DNA of 57,660 nucleotides from an uncultured Eggerthellaceae bacterium (lineage in GTDB: Bacteria > Actinomycetota > Coriobacteriia > Coriobacteriales > Eggerthellaceae): NCBI GenBank assembly GCA_934623455.1, contig CAKTVK010000001.1, forward strand, positions 1 to 57,660, in the 5' to 3' direction. The position numbers and the translations under genes were made by a program. Every line of letters starts with the position of its first letter. The stretch's first letter is position 1. Below, one piece after another: positions 1 through 8,399 of this stretch. Below the pieces are notes generated by a model, which was given only the letters and a program-made list of their open reading frames with translations, was not told the origin of the DNA and made no database searches.

Positions 1-1
1 G

Positions 2-520
2 CTTGATGTAGACGCCGTGCTGTTCTGGGTTATCTGGGACCCCGAAAAGGCCTGCACCGAAGTGCAAGACTGCCACTTTGCCGTAGCGCTTTCCGCGCAA
101 ACGGCCCTGCGCGATGCCATCGGTCGCGCGTCGTTGCAAAACGTTGTTATGCGTCGTCATCAGCTTGACCAGGAACTTCGCGAAGCCGTAGAGCAAAAAG
201 TGTCCGATTGGGGCATTTCCATTGTGTCGGTTGAAGTACGCGATCTGATTATTCCCAAGGAGCTGCAGGGCGTTATGTCGCTTGAAGCGCAGGCTGAATG
301 CCGCAAGAGCGCGCGCATCACGCTTATGGAAGCAGAAAAGGATCTCTCGGCGATTCTTGATGACGTGGCGCAAACGTACAGCCACGACGACATTGCGCTG
401 TCGCTGCGTAAGATGCACCTTACGTATGAAGGCATGCAGGACAACGAAGGCACGTTGGTGGTGCCCAGCGCCTACAGCGATGGCTTCAATGTAAAACCAG
501 GCGATGACCAGGTGAAATAA
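2..520 (+). CDS. SPFH/band-7 (stomatin/prohibitin-like) domain protein, C-terminal part; the 5' end lies outside the window
   Basis: The frame is open from the window edge. The translation ..VIWDPEKA..RRHQLDQELREAVEQKVSDWGISIVSVEVRDLIIPKELQGVMSLEAQAE.. looks like an SPFH core. Confidence 0.7.
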   Translation, partial: LDVDAVLFWVIWDPEKACTEVQDCHFAVALSAQTALRDAIGRASLQNVVMRRHQLDQELREAVEQKVSDWGISIVSVEVRDLIIPKELQGVMSLEAQAECRKSARITLMEAEKDLSAILDDVAQTYSHDDIALSLRKMHLTYEGMQDNEGTLVVPSAYSDGFNVKPGDDQVK

Positions 521-795
521 GCGAACTATACATTATACGCATAATAATTGTCTATAAAATAGAATAATGATACCAAAAAATTGTCGTGCGACACTATTGA
601 TTGTTGTGCGGCAATTTTGTTATAACTGCACAAGAGGGAAATCAGCTGATATCTTGATGTCAATTATTCGGTAAAAGGTCGTTCTTGTCGCCGCAAGGTC
701 GAGCTGCGCTGAATAAGCGAATCGCGCGGGCGAGGCGCGTTTCGCAAAAAGGGACGACTCGCACGATGCGGGCGTCAAAGAGAAAAGGGGGAAAC

Positions 796-1566
796 ATGGG
801 TCTTGAATCCTTATTTCTGTTCACGTTGCTGGGAGGGTTGGCAGCGGGCGCCTATGTGTTTGAAGCTTGCTTCCAGCGCACGCGCACGGGCGAACGTCCG
901 TGGCTCGTTCCTCTGGTTGTCGTAGTTCTGTTCGCCATTGGCATGATTGCAGCTGCTACGCATGTCCAGAGCCTTTCCCGCGCATTTGCTTCCATTGGTG
1001 CCGGCACGGTCAACTTCGGTTCCGGCATGGTCAAGGAAGTGCTGTTCGCAGCAATCTTCTTCGTTCTGGCTCTCATTGATATGATCATCACGTTCGTGAA
1101 GAAGGACAGCCCGTTTGCTCTGCGCGTTATCGGCGCAATTGCAGCGGTGATTGTCATTGTGCTCATGGGCGCTGCCTACATTGATGTATACGGCAACGCA
1201 GTATGGAGCAACGCTCCTGCAACGATTCTTTCGTTTGTCGCAGGCGCTTTGGCACTGGGCCTTGGTCTGTGTGCTGCTCTTGGTTCGGCCGATATCGCCG
1301 CAAAGCCGGTTGTGTACACGCTGGTTGCTGTCGATGTTGTGCTGGCCATTGGTCTGGCGCTGGAAATCGCCGCTTTCTCTGGTGCGGGTCTCAACCCTGC
1401 CATGCAGATCGCAGGCCTGATCATTGCTCCAGTTGTTTCTGCAATCCTGGTGCTTGCTGGCGCTAAATTCAACAACAAGAAAACGCTCGCGATTGTCGTG
1501 TGCGCCGTGCTGGTAGTTGGCGTTGCCATTGCCCGTTACGGTTTCTACGCGACCTGCGCGATGTAA
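796..1566 (+). CDS. dmsC: DmsC-type membrane anchor subunit of a DMSO-reductase-family enzyme
   Basis: ATG 796 follows AAAAGGGGGAAAC. The product is about 256 aa, almost entirely hydrophobic (about 8 helices), and sits directly upstream of the catalytic subunit. The ORF-track start at 685 (TTG) looks over-extended. Confidence 0.65.
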   Translation: MGLESLFLFTLLGGLAAGAYVFEACFQRTRTGERPWLVPLVVVVLFAIGMIAAATHVQSLSRAFASIGAGTVNFGSGMVKEVLFAAIFFVLALIDMIITFVKKDSPFALRVIGAIAAVIVIVLMGAAYIDVYGNAVWSNAPATILSFVAGALALGLGLCAALGSADIAAKPVVYTLVAVDVVLAIGLALEIAAFSGAGLNPAMQIAGLIIAPVVSAILVLAGAKFNNKKTLAIVVCAVLVVGVAIARYGFYATCAM

Positions 1567-1590
1567 GAAGGCTGAAAGGGGGAACTAACA

Positions 1591-4206
1591 GTGAGTATGA
1601 ATAATATTTCCCGTCGTGGCTTCTTGGGCGCTTCCGCTGCTGTTATGGCTGGTGTTGCGGGCCTGGCAGCAACCGGCTGCTCTGCGGAGTCCAGCCTTGA
1701 GGCCACCGATGCAATGGGCATGCCCGTTGATCCCGCAAAGGGCGGCGAGTGGACGTCGGCAGCATGCTGGCACAACTGCGGTGGCCGTTGCATGAACAAA
1801 GTCATGGTCAAGGACGGCGCGGTAATCCGCCAGAAGACCGACGACACGCATGAAGACTCTTTCGATTACCCGCAGCAGCGTGGCTGCGTGCGCGGCAAGG
1901 CGCAGCAGCAGCAGTGCTTCGGCGCCGATCGTCTGAAGTATCCCATTAAGCGCAAGAATTGGTCGCCTGAGAACCCGAACGGCGAGCTGCGCGGCAAAGA
2001 CGAATGGGAGCGCATCAGCTGGGATGAAGCCATCAAGTACATTGGCGACCAGTTCAAGACCATCAAAGAGAAGTACGGCAACCAGGCATTCTTGCTGGGC
2101 AGCTACGGTTCTCGTTACGCGTTCGCTCCGCTTTTGGCATGGGGCGGCCACACCAGCACCGCCGACACCACTTCTCATGGTGCCTACCTGCTGAACCCCG
2201 ATGTCACCATCGGTGTTCCTCGTACCGACGCAGGCGTGTGCAACGACCGTACCGACATGCTGAATGCAGACACCATTGTGTTTTACGCATCCAATCCTGC
2301 TTGGTCTGCTGCTGGTACGCCTAGCTACCACTACATTCGTGCGAAGGAAGCTGGCGTTAAGTTCATCACCGTTGACCCGATCTACACCGCATCTGCTCAG
2401 ATGCTCGATGCCGAGTGGATTCCTATCCGCACCGGTACCGACACCGCGTTCTTGCTGGGTGTTGCTTCCGAAATGATCCGCCTGGACAAGACCGAAGGCG
2501 ACATTGTTGACTGGGAGTTCCTGGACAAGTACACCGTTGGTTTCGATGCTGATCACAAGCCCGAAGACCTGAAGGAAGACGTCAACTTCGTTGACTATCT
2601 GGAAGGCAAGTACGACAACGTGAAGCATGATGCCGCGTGGGCTTCCGAAATCTGCGGCGTGCCCGTAGAGAAGATCACCTGGTTCGCACGTGAAATTGGC
2701 AAGAAGAAGAACGTGTGGCTGCTCCACAACTTCGCTGCTGCTCGTTGCGACGCATGCGAGAACCTTCCGCAGATCTTCATGACGCTAGGTGCTATGGGCG
2801 GCCACATGGGCAAGCCCGGTAACTGCACCGCGAACAACTACCATGCAAATGCTGGTAACGGCGGTCCGTCCCTGGTAAAGGCCGGCGGCTCGGGCTTCCC
2901 CAGTCTGAAGAACGACATTGATGGCGTTATCCCTGGTCCTCAGGTATGGGAAGCATGCCTGACCGGCAAGTATCGCATGGTTGGCGACTGGTACGCTGGC
3001 AAGGGTTCCCAGGCAGGCGAGGATCGCACGTGCGACATCCACTGCATCATTCATGACGAGAACGCATACCTGCAGACCGGCCCGAACATGAAGCGCGGCA
3101 TTGAGGCTCATCGCAAGATGGACTTCGTTATGGCGAAGGCTCAGTTCATGACCACGCAGGCAATGTACTCCGACATCGTGCTGCCCGTTACCACTCAGTG
3201 GGAAGTTCCCGGCGGTCTGTCCGGCTCCAACCGCGAGTTCCTGTTCTGCTTCTCGCAGGTCACCGAGCCGCTGTATGAGGCAAAGACCGACATGGAGATC
3301 AACTCCCTGATCATGGAAGCAATTGGCGTTGACCCGAAGACGGTTTATCCGTTCAGCGCAAAGCAAGGCTTCTTCAACAGCATTGCTGGCGCTACGGTTA
3401 TCAACGACGAAGGCAAGTACGAGCCGCTGGTTACTATCACCGATGCCGACATCAAGGAATGGGGCGTTGAGGGCAAGACCCAGACCGGCCGCGTAACCTT
3501 GAAGGAATTCGTTTCCAACGGTGGTTACCAGGTAAAGCGCGAGCTGGGCGACAAGTACTCTTCCTTCTTGGGCCATGCTGCATTTATCGCCGACCCCGAG
3601 AAGAACCCGCTGAAGACGAAGAGCGGCAAGTTCGAGATTACCAGTCAGGCAAAGGCCGACCTGTTCAACAGCATTGGCCTGTGCGACCACAACTACGCTC
3701 CGTATCCTGAGTATCTTGTTCCCGGCACGGGCTACGAGACTACCTTCAAGGATGGCAAGATCGGTGGCGAAAAGGGCGAGTATCCGTACCTGCTGTTCAA
3801 CCCGCACTACTTCCGTCGTTCGCACTCTGTCTTCGACAACTGCCCCTGGTTGCGTGAAGCATGGGCAAATCCCGTGTTCTTGAACGCATCCGATGCTAAA
3901 GCAAAGGGCATCAAGGACGGCGATACCGTGCGCGTTTGGACGAAGTACGGTGAAGTGCTGCGCAAGGCTTGCTGCATGGAAAACCTTATGCCTGGCGAAG
4001 TTGGCATTCCTCACGGTTCTTGGGTTCGCTTGAATGAAAAGACCGGCATTGACGAGGGCGGCGCTGACAACTTCCTGACCGGCAACAACATTTCCGGCAT
4101 TGGCGTTACCAGCTACAACAACAATAACTGCAATTTCGAGAAGTACAATGGCCAGGCGCTTGAAGACGACTGCAAGACCGATGTACGCATCCTGAAACTT
4201 GGCTAA
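1591..4206 (+). CDS. dmsA: Tat-exported molybdopterin (bis-MGD) oxidoreductase catalytic subunit, DmsA-type; substrate unknown
   Basis: Twin-arginine signal SRRGFLGASAAVMAGVAGLAATGC. N-terminal Fe-S motif C-WHN-C-GGR-C followed by ..RGCVRG. The 871-aa length fits the family. The start could be GTG 1591 or ATG 1597. Confidence 0.85.
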   Translation: MSMNNISRRGFLGASAAVMAGVAGLAATGCSAESSLEATDAMGMPVDPAKGGEWTSAACWHNCGGRCMNKVMVKDGAVIRQKTDDTHEDSFDYPQQRGCVRGKAQQQQCFGADRLKYPIKRKNWSPENPNGELRGKDEWERISWDEAIKYIGDQFKTIKEKYGNQAFLLGSYGSRYAFAPLLAWGGHTSTADTTSHGAYLLNPDVTIGVPRTDAGVCNDRTDMLNADTIVFYASNPAWSAAGTPSYHYIRAKEAGVKFITVDPIYTASAQMLDAEWIPIRTGTDTAFLLGVASEMIRLDKTEGDIVDWEFLDKYTVGFDADHKPEDLKEDVNFVDYLEGKYDNVKHDAAWASEICGVPVEKITWFAREIGKKKNVWLLHNFAAARCDACENLPQIFMTLGAMGGHMGKPGNCTANNYHANAGNGGPSLVKAGGSGFPSLKNDIDGVIPGPQVWEACLTGKYRMVGDWYAGKGSQAGEDRTCDIHCIIHDENAYLQTGPNMKRGIEAHRKMDFVMAKAQFMTTQAMYSDIVLPVTTQWEVPGGLSGSNREFLFCFSQVTEPLYEAKTDMEINSLIMEAIGVDPKTVYPFSAKQGFFNSIAGATVINDEGKYEPLVTITDADIKEWGVEGKTQTGRVTLKEFVSNGGYQVKRELGDKYSSFLGHAAFIADPEKNPLKTKSGKFEITSQAKADLFNSIGLCDHNYAPYPEYLVPGTGYETTFKDGKIGGEKGEYPYLLFNPHYFRRSHSVFDNCPWLREAWANPVFLNASDAKAKGIKDGDTVRVWTKYGEVLRKACCMENLMPGEVGIPHGSWVRLNEKTGIDEGGADNFLTGNNISGIGVTSYNNNNCNFEKYNGQALEDDCKTDVRILKLG

Positions 4207-4216
4207 GGAGGGAATC

Positions 4217-4795
4217 ATGGCTTTTGGTTTTTACTTTGATATGACGCGTTGCATTGGCTGCCGCGCGTGCCAAGTGGCGTGCAAAGATAAGAATCGTCTT
4301 GAGGTCGGCGCTTTGTATCGCGAGGTGAAGAGCTACACGGTTGGCGCTTTCCCCGACGTTAAGACGTACAGCTACTCTGGCAGCTGCAACCATTGCGAGA
4401 ATCCGATTTGCTTGTCTAACTGCCCCACGGGTGCTATCAGCAAGGCTGCCGATGGCACGGTTATCCAGGATCAGAGCAAGTGCATCGGCTGCCGTATGTG
4501 CGTTATGAGCTGCCCGTACGGTCATCCGCAGTACTTCCCCGAGAAGGGCGTTTCCGGCAAGTGCGACGGCTGCTATGGTCTGCGTGCCAACGGCGATCAG
4601 CCCGCATGCGTTGCCGGTTGCCCGAACCGCGCTCTTGATGCGGGCGATATCGACGAGCTTCGCAAGAAGTACGCTGGCGATTTGGACAATGGCACTATCG
4701 TGGTGCTCCCGAATCCCGACCTGACTCGTCCGCACGTTCTGGTCAAGACCAAGGATCTTGCTTTCGACAAATCCGCTGTCGAGCTTACTTGGTAG
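4217..4795 (+). CDS. dmsB: 4Fe-4S ferredoxin-type electron-transfer subunit, DmsB-type
   Basis: ATG 4217 follows AAGGAGGG. There are four Cys clusters: CIGCRACQVAC, CNHCENPICLSNCP, CIGCRMCVMSCP and CDGC..CVAGCP. Confidence 0.9.
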   Translation: MAFGFYFDMTRCIGCRACQVACKDKNRLEVGALYREVKSYTVGAFPDVKTYSYSGSCNHCENPICLSNCPTGAISKAADGTVIQDQSKCIGCRMCVMSCPYGHPQYFPEKGVSGKCDGCYGLRANGDQPACVAGCPNRALDAGDIDELRKKYAGDLDNGTIVVLPNPDLTRPHVLVKTKDLAFDKSAVELTW

Positions 4796-4813
4796 GAACG
4801 AGTTTTCCATTTG

Positions 4814-4855
4814 TCGCCGCACCGCATATCGCTTGTGGTGCGGCGATTTTTCTTT
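4814..4855 (+). terminator. Rho-independent terminator closing the dmsCAB-type operon
   Basis: Perfect 10-bp stem TCGCCGCACC (4814-4823) / GGTGCGGCGA (4837-4846), followed by TTTTTCTTT. Confidence 0.85.
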
Positions 4856-5021
4856 ACGCAGTTTTTCGCTAAAATAATCTAACGCTTGTTTTGTCATGTA
4901 GCGTGATTTCACGCGAAGCTTCATGGCGTGCTGCACGGTGCGCTGCATGAGGTGTCGCGTGGAATCTCCCCTCTGAAAATGAATAGACAGACAAGCGCAA
5001 TCCCTTGAAAGGAGCGGTATT

Positions 5022-5783
5022 ATGCCTGATCAACAGCTCGAAATTCGCATTGGTATGGATCTTGCCTGCCGCACGTATCTTTATGACGTTCTTCACTCTG
5101 TATTTGGCGGCAATTGCTCATCCGAATTTGTTGCAAAGCTTTTCGGTTCGCAGACGCGCGAGATGTTTGCGCGTGAAGCAGCCGCGCTTTCCGATGAGGG
5201 GCTCTCTCTTGATACAGGGCGCGCTCTGAGCAAGATCGATCGCTCGCTGGGGGATTGCGCTAAAGAGGTTCTGGCGTGTCTTGACGAGCATCAGAACTTG
5301 TCGGCGGATGCTCTGGCGGATCTTGCTGCCCAGATGGAAAGCGACTTTACGAAGTTGTTCCAAATTCCAGGTGATTCGTACGTGCATGTGTGGGAGTCCC
5401 CGTATGTGGGTACCGAGCAAACCTTGTTCCAGGGCAGCACGCTGGATGTTCGCGCGCTGTATCATGCCGCCGGTTTGAAGCTTCAGGCGGAGCATCAATT
5501 CCCCGATGATCATATTGCCGCCATGTTGGCGTATATGGGCTGTATGGGCACGCGTGCATACGAGGCGTATGCCGATGGCCTTGATGCCGAATGCCGCAAG
5601 GCGCTGCAGGATACGAAGGCGTTTTTGGAAGCGCATCTGCTTACGTGGATCGATGCGCTTGCAGCCGATGTGATTGAAAAAGACGAGCATGGGTTGTACG
5701 CTGCATTTATGCAGGCTGTTGTGGTACTTGTGCATGTTGATGCGGTACAGCTTGATTGGCTTATGGAACGTATAGGCGAGTAA
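5022..5783 (+). CDS. TorD/DmsD-family redox enzyme maturation chaperone
   Basis: ATG follows GAAAGGAG. The central region ..FTKLFQIPGDSYVHVWESPY..LFQGSTLDVRALYHAAGLKLQAEHQFPDDHIAAMLAYMG.. is typical of the TorD/NarJ-like family. The gene lies next to a molybdoenzyme operon. Confidence 0.7.
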   Translation: MPDQQLEIRIGMDLACRTYLYDVLHSVFGGNCSSEFVAKLFGSQTREMFAREAAALSDEGLSLDTGRALSKIDRSLGDCAKEVLACLDEHQNLSADALADLAAQMESDFTKLFQIPGDSYVHVWESPYVGTEQTLFQGSTLDVRALYHAAGLKLQAEHQFPDDHIAAMLAYMGCMGTRAYEAYADGLDAECRKALQDTKAFLEAHLLTWIDALAADVIEKDEHGLYAAFMQAVVVLVHVDAVQLDWLMERIGE

Positions 5784-5791
5784 GGACATTG

Positions 5792-7078
5792 ATGGACGTT
5801 CGGGAATACGCAAAAGCATTCAACCAGGTAGAACGCGACTACGAGCAAGCAGTTGCTGCGTTTGGCGTTCCCTTTGAGGCTGCGGAGTCGTGTTCTCGAA
5901 CGCGCCGCGCGCACGTTGCCAACACGTGTGGATGTCATTGCGAAAATGGGGACACGTCTTTGTGGCGTGGCTGGATATCGCCGGCATGCTTGGCGTGTCG
6001 CACCGGCGAGCGCACGGCAACGTTTTTCATCGACTTGCGCTGCACGCGGCACTGCTATTTTTGCTTCAATCCGAACCAGGATCACTACGAGTATTTCCTT
6101 TCGCACCAGCGCGATATCGTCTCCGAGCTCAATGCCGCGCACGCTGCAGGGGCGCAATTCGACTGCCTTGCCGTTACGGGTGGCGAGCCGCTGCTGCATA
6201 AAGACCAGGTCGTATCATTTATCCAGCGCGCCCGCGAGCTGTACCCCGAAGCGCATGTGCGTCTTTACACGTGCGGCGACCTGCTTGACAACGCGTGCTT
6301 GGCGCAATTGGCGGAAGCGGGGCTCAACGAGATTCGTTTCAGTGTAAAACCGGAAGATGTCGCGAATGCAGATGCTCCAGTGTTTGAACGCATGGCGGCT
6401 GCTGTTTCTGCATTACCGCAGGTCATGGTTGAAATGCCAGTAATTCCCGGTACGCAGACGGTAATGCGTGAGCTGCTTTCGCGCCTTGATGCCATGGGCG
6501 TGCGGGGCATTAATCTGCTTGAGTTCTGTTTCCCGCTTTGCAACGCAGAAGAGTTCCGGGTGCGCAACTTCAAGCTGCGTAAGCATCCGTTCAACTACCT
6601 GTACGATTATTGGTACGGTGGCGGCGTTCCCGTTGCAGGTAGTGAGGCCGAAGCGTTAGAACTACTTGAATACGCTCACGAACAGCAGCTTCGGCTGGGT
6701 ATACATTACTGCAGCTCAGACAATAAAAACACGGGTCAAATTTATCAGCAAAACAAGGCGTTTTTGGAAGATGCCGCGTTGCAGGCAGCGTATCCGTGGC
6801 TTACGTTTGACGAAGGCGACAAGCTTCTGAAGTGCGCGAAGTCGTTTGGCAAAGACGCAAAGTCGGTACGCACTTGGGCACAAGCGCGCCGCGTGCCGTT
6901 CGATTGGGATGCAAGCGTGCCGAGCGCTGCGGTGTCTCTTGAATCGTTCGAGAAGGCGCGCAAAGCGTGCTCGCGCGTCCATTTCGTGGAAAGCGCGAAT
7001 GTATTCGAAGATCGCGAGGGTCAACCTTACTTGCGTGAACTGGGCGTTCGAGAATTCCCGAAGAAGAAAAACGCATAA
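5792..7078 (+). CDS. radical SAM protein with an extra N-terminal Cys-rich region; function unknown
   Basis: CxxxCxxC motif in FFIDLRCTRHCYFCFNPNQ and a GGEPLL motif. Upstream cysteines are C-G-C-H-C and C-L-A-C. ATG 5792 lies 8 nt after the TorD stop. Confidence 0.8.
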   Translation: MDVREYAKAFNQVERDYEQAVAAFGVPFEAAESCSRTRRAHVANTCGCHCENGDTSLWRGWISPACLACRTGERTATFFIDLRCTRHCYFCFNPNQDHYEYFLSHQRDIVSELNAAHAAGAQFDCLAVTGGEPLLHKDQVVSFIQRARELYPEAHVRLYTCGDLLDNACLAQLAEAGLNEIRFSVKPEDVANADAPVFERMAAAVSALPQVMVEMPVIPGTQTVMRELLSRLDAMGVRGINLLEFCFPLCNAEEFRVRNFKLRKHPFNYLYDYWYGGGVPVAGSEAEALELLEYAHEQQLRLGIHYCSSDNKNTGQIYQQNKAFLEDAALQAAYPWLTFDEGDKLLKCAKSFGKDAKSVRTWAQARRVPFDWDASVPSAAVSLESFEKARKACSRVHFVESANVFEDREGQPYLRELGVREFPKKKNA

Positions 7079-7337
7079 TTCGGCGATTTGACGGCGCGTT
7101 AGCTGCTCAGCGCCCAATGTCGTTCCAATTGCGAAAACCCTCTGTATTCGCAGCGGCTCTGCGCTGCCTTAAGCTGCGTCCCTTCCAAAGCGTGCTATTA
7201 TATTTGCTACGCATTTTTTCGGCATTGCCATTTATTGTTGTTTGCATCTTTTACTGCCTACTTGGCGCGAAGAAAACATTTCTGCACGTCAAAGGCGGAT
7301 TTGCAGCAATATGCACAATTTTGGAAGGATTCATTTT

Positions 7338-8384
7338 ATGCTTATCGAAGCTCTAAAAGCTTTCCTATTCGGTGTGGTCGAAGGCATCACCGAATGGCTG
7401 CCCGTGTCATCCACAGGTCACATGATGCTGCTGGAAGAGTTCGTGAAACTCGACGTTTCCGAGTCTTTCTATAGCACGTTTTTGGTTGTCATTCAGCTGG
7501 GCGCCATTCTTGCCGTTGTCCTGCTGTTCTTCAACAAGCTGAACCCCTTTGCGCGCACGAAAACAGCCACGCAGAAGAAAGAGACGTGGGGCATTTGGGC
7601 GAAAGTCGTTGTGGGCTCCATTCCGCCCGCCGTCATTGGCTTTGCGCTTGATGACTGGATGGAAGAAAACATCATGAATGGACCGCACGGCTACCTGGTT
7701 GTTGTTGCCGCGCTTATTATTTACGGTGTGATTTTCATCTTGATCGAGCGCCGCAATCGTCGTCTTATCGCGCAGGCCAACAGCGCTGCCATTGCGGACT
7801 CTTCCGTTGCTGGCGCGTCGGGTGCTTATGTTGCGCGCCATGCCAAGCATGCCGCAGGTCAGAGTGGCAACGGGGAAGGCTCGCGTGCAACGAACGCCGC
7901 GAACGATGAACCCCAAGGCGAAAGCACGTTCAAGACCGAAACGGACGAGACTGATGCGTCGAGCGTTATTGCCAAGGTGAACAGCTTCAGCGAGCTTTCT
8001 TACGGCAAGGCGTTTCTTATCGGCATCTTCGAGTCTCTGGCCATTATCCCGGGTACATCCCGTTCTGGTTCCACCATTATCGGCTCCATGCTTTTGGGCA
8101 CAAGCCGTACCATCGCAACGGAGTTCGCGTTCTTCCTGGCCATTCCGATTATGCTCGGTTGGAGCTTGATCAAGTTCATCAAGCACGGCTTTGCCTATAC
8201 GGGCATGGAATGGATGATTTTCGGCATTGCGATTGTCACATCGTTTGTGGTATCGGTCATTTCCATCAAGTTCCTGATTGGCTATGTGAAGAAAAACGAC
8301 TTCACGGCATTTGGCGTATACCGCATTATTCTGGGTGTTATCGTTTTGGGTTACTTTGGTTTGCGCGCGTTGGGCGTGTTTTAA
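7338..8384 (+). CDS. uppP: undecaprenyl-diphosphate phosphatase (BacA/UppP) with a hydrophilic insertion
   Basis: MLIEALKAFLFGVVEGITEWLPVSSTGHMML and ..PGTSRSGSTIIG.. signatures. ATG 7338 follows GGAAGGA. Confidence 0.9.
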   Translation: MLIEALKAFLFGVVEGITEWLPVSSTGHMMLLEEFVKLDVSESFYSTFLVVIQLGAILAVVLLFFNKLNPFARTKTATQKKETWGIWAKVVVGSIPPAVIGFALDDWMEENIMNGPHGYLVVVAALIIYGVIFILIERRNRRLIAQANSAAIADSSVAGASGAYVARHAKHAAGQSGNGEGSRATNAANDEPQGESTFKTETDETDASSVIAKVNSFSELSYGKAFLIGIFESLAIIPGTSRSGSTIIGSMLLGTSRTIATEFAFFLAIPIMLGWSLIKFIKHGFAYTGMEWMIFGIAIVTSFVVSVISIKFLIGYVKKNDFTAFGVYRIILGVIVLGYFGLRALGVF

Positions 8385-8399
8385 TTACGAGGTGTCACT

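Noticed and set aside
685-795. N-terminal extensions proposed by the ORF track. Examples are 685 for dmsC, 20127 for the hydro-lyase alpha subunit, 46362 for wzy, 47273 for GT2, 43502 for GT4 and 31859 for purF.
   Set aside because: The extensions overlap the preceding gene or read through basic or low-complexity sequence. Internal starts with Shine-Dalgarno sequences give N-termini that match the family.
521-795. Possible Moco riboswitch in the leader of the molybdoenzyme operon.
   Set aside because: I could not find the conserved Moco-motif core elements by eye. There is only a generic hairpin at about 717-745. An Infernal/Rfam scan would be needed to settle it.
1591-4206. Selenocysteine (in-frame TGA) in the molybdoenzyme.
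   Set aside because: The ORF is uninterrupted, and the expected ligand region shows no TGA read-through.
1585-4218. 380-aa and 477-aa minus-strand ORFs opposite the molybdopterin subunit gene.
   Set aside because: They are antisense to a gene with an unambiguous Tat signal, Fe-S motif and family-wide similarity. They have no motifs of their own.
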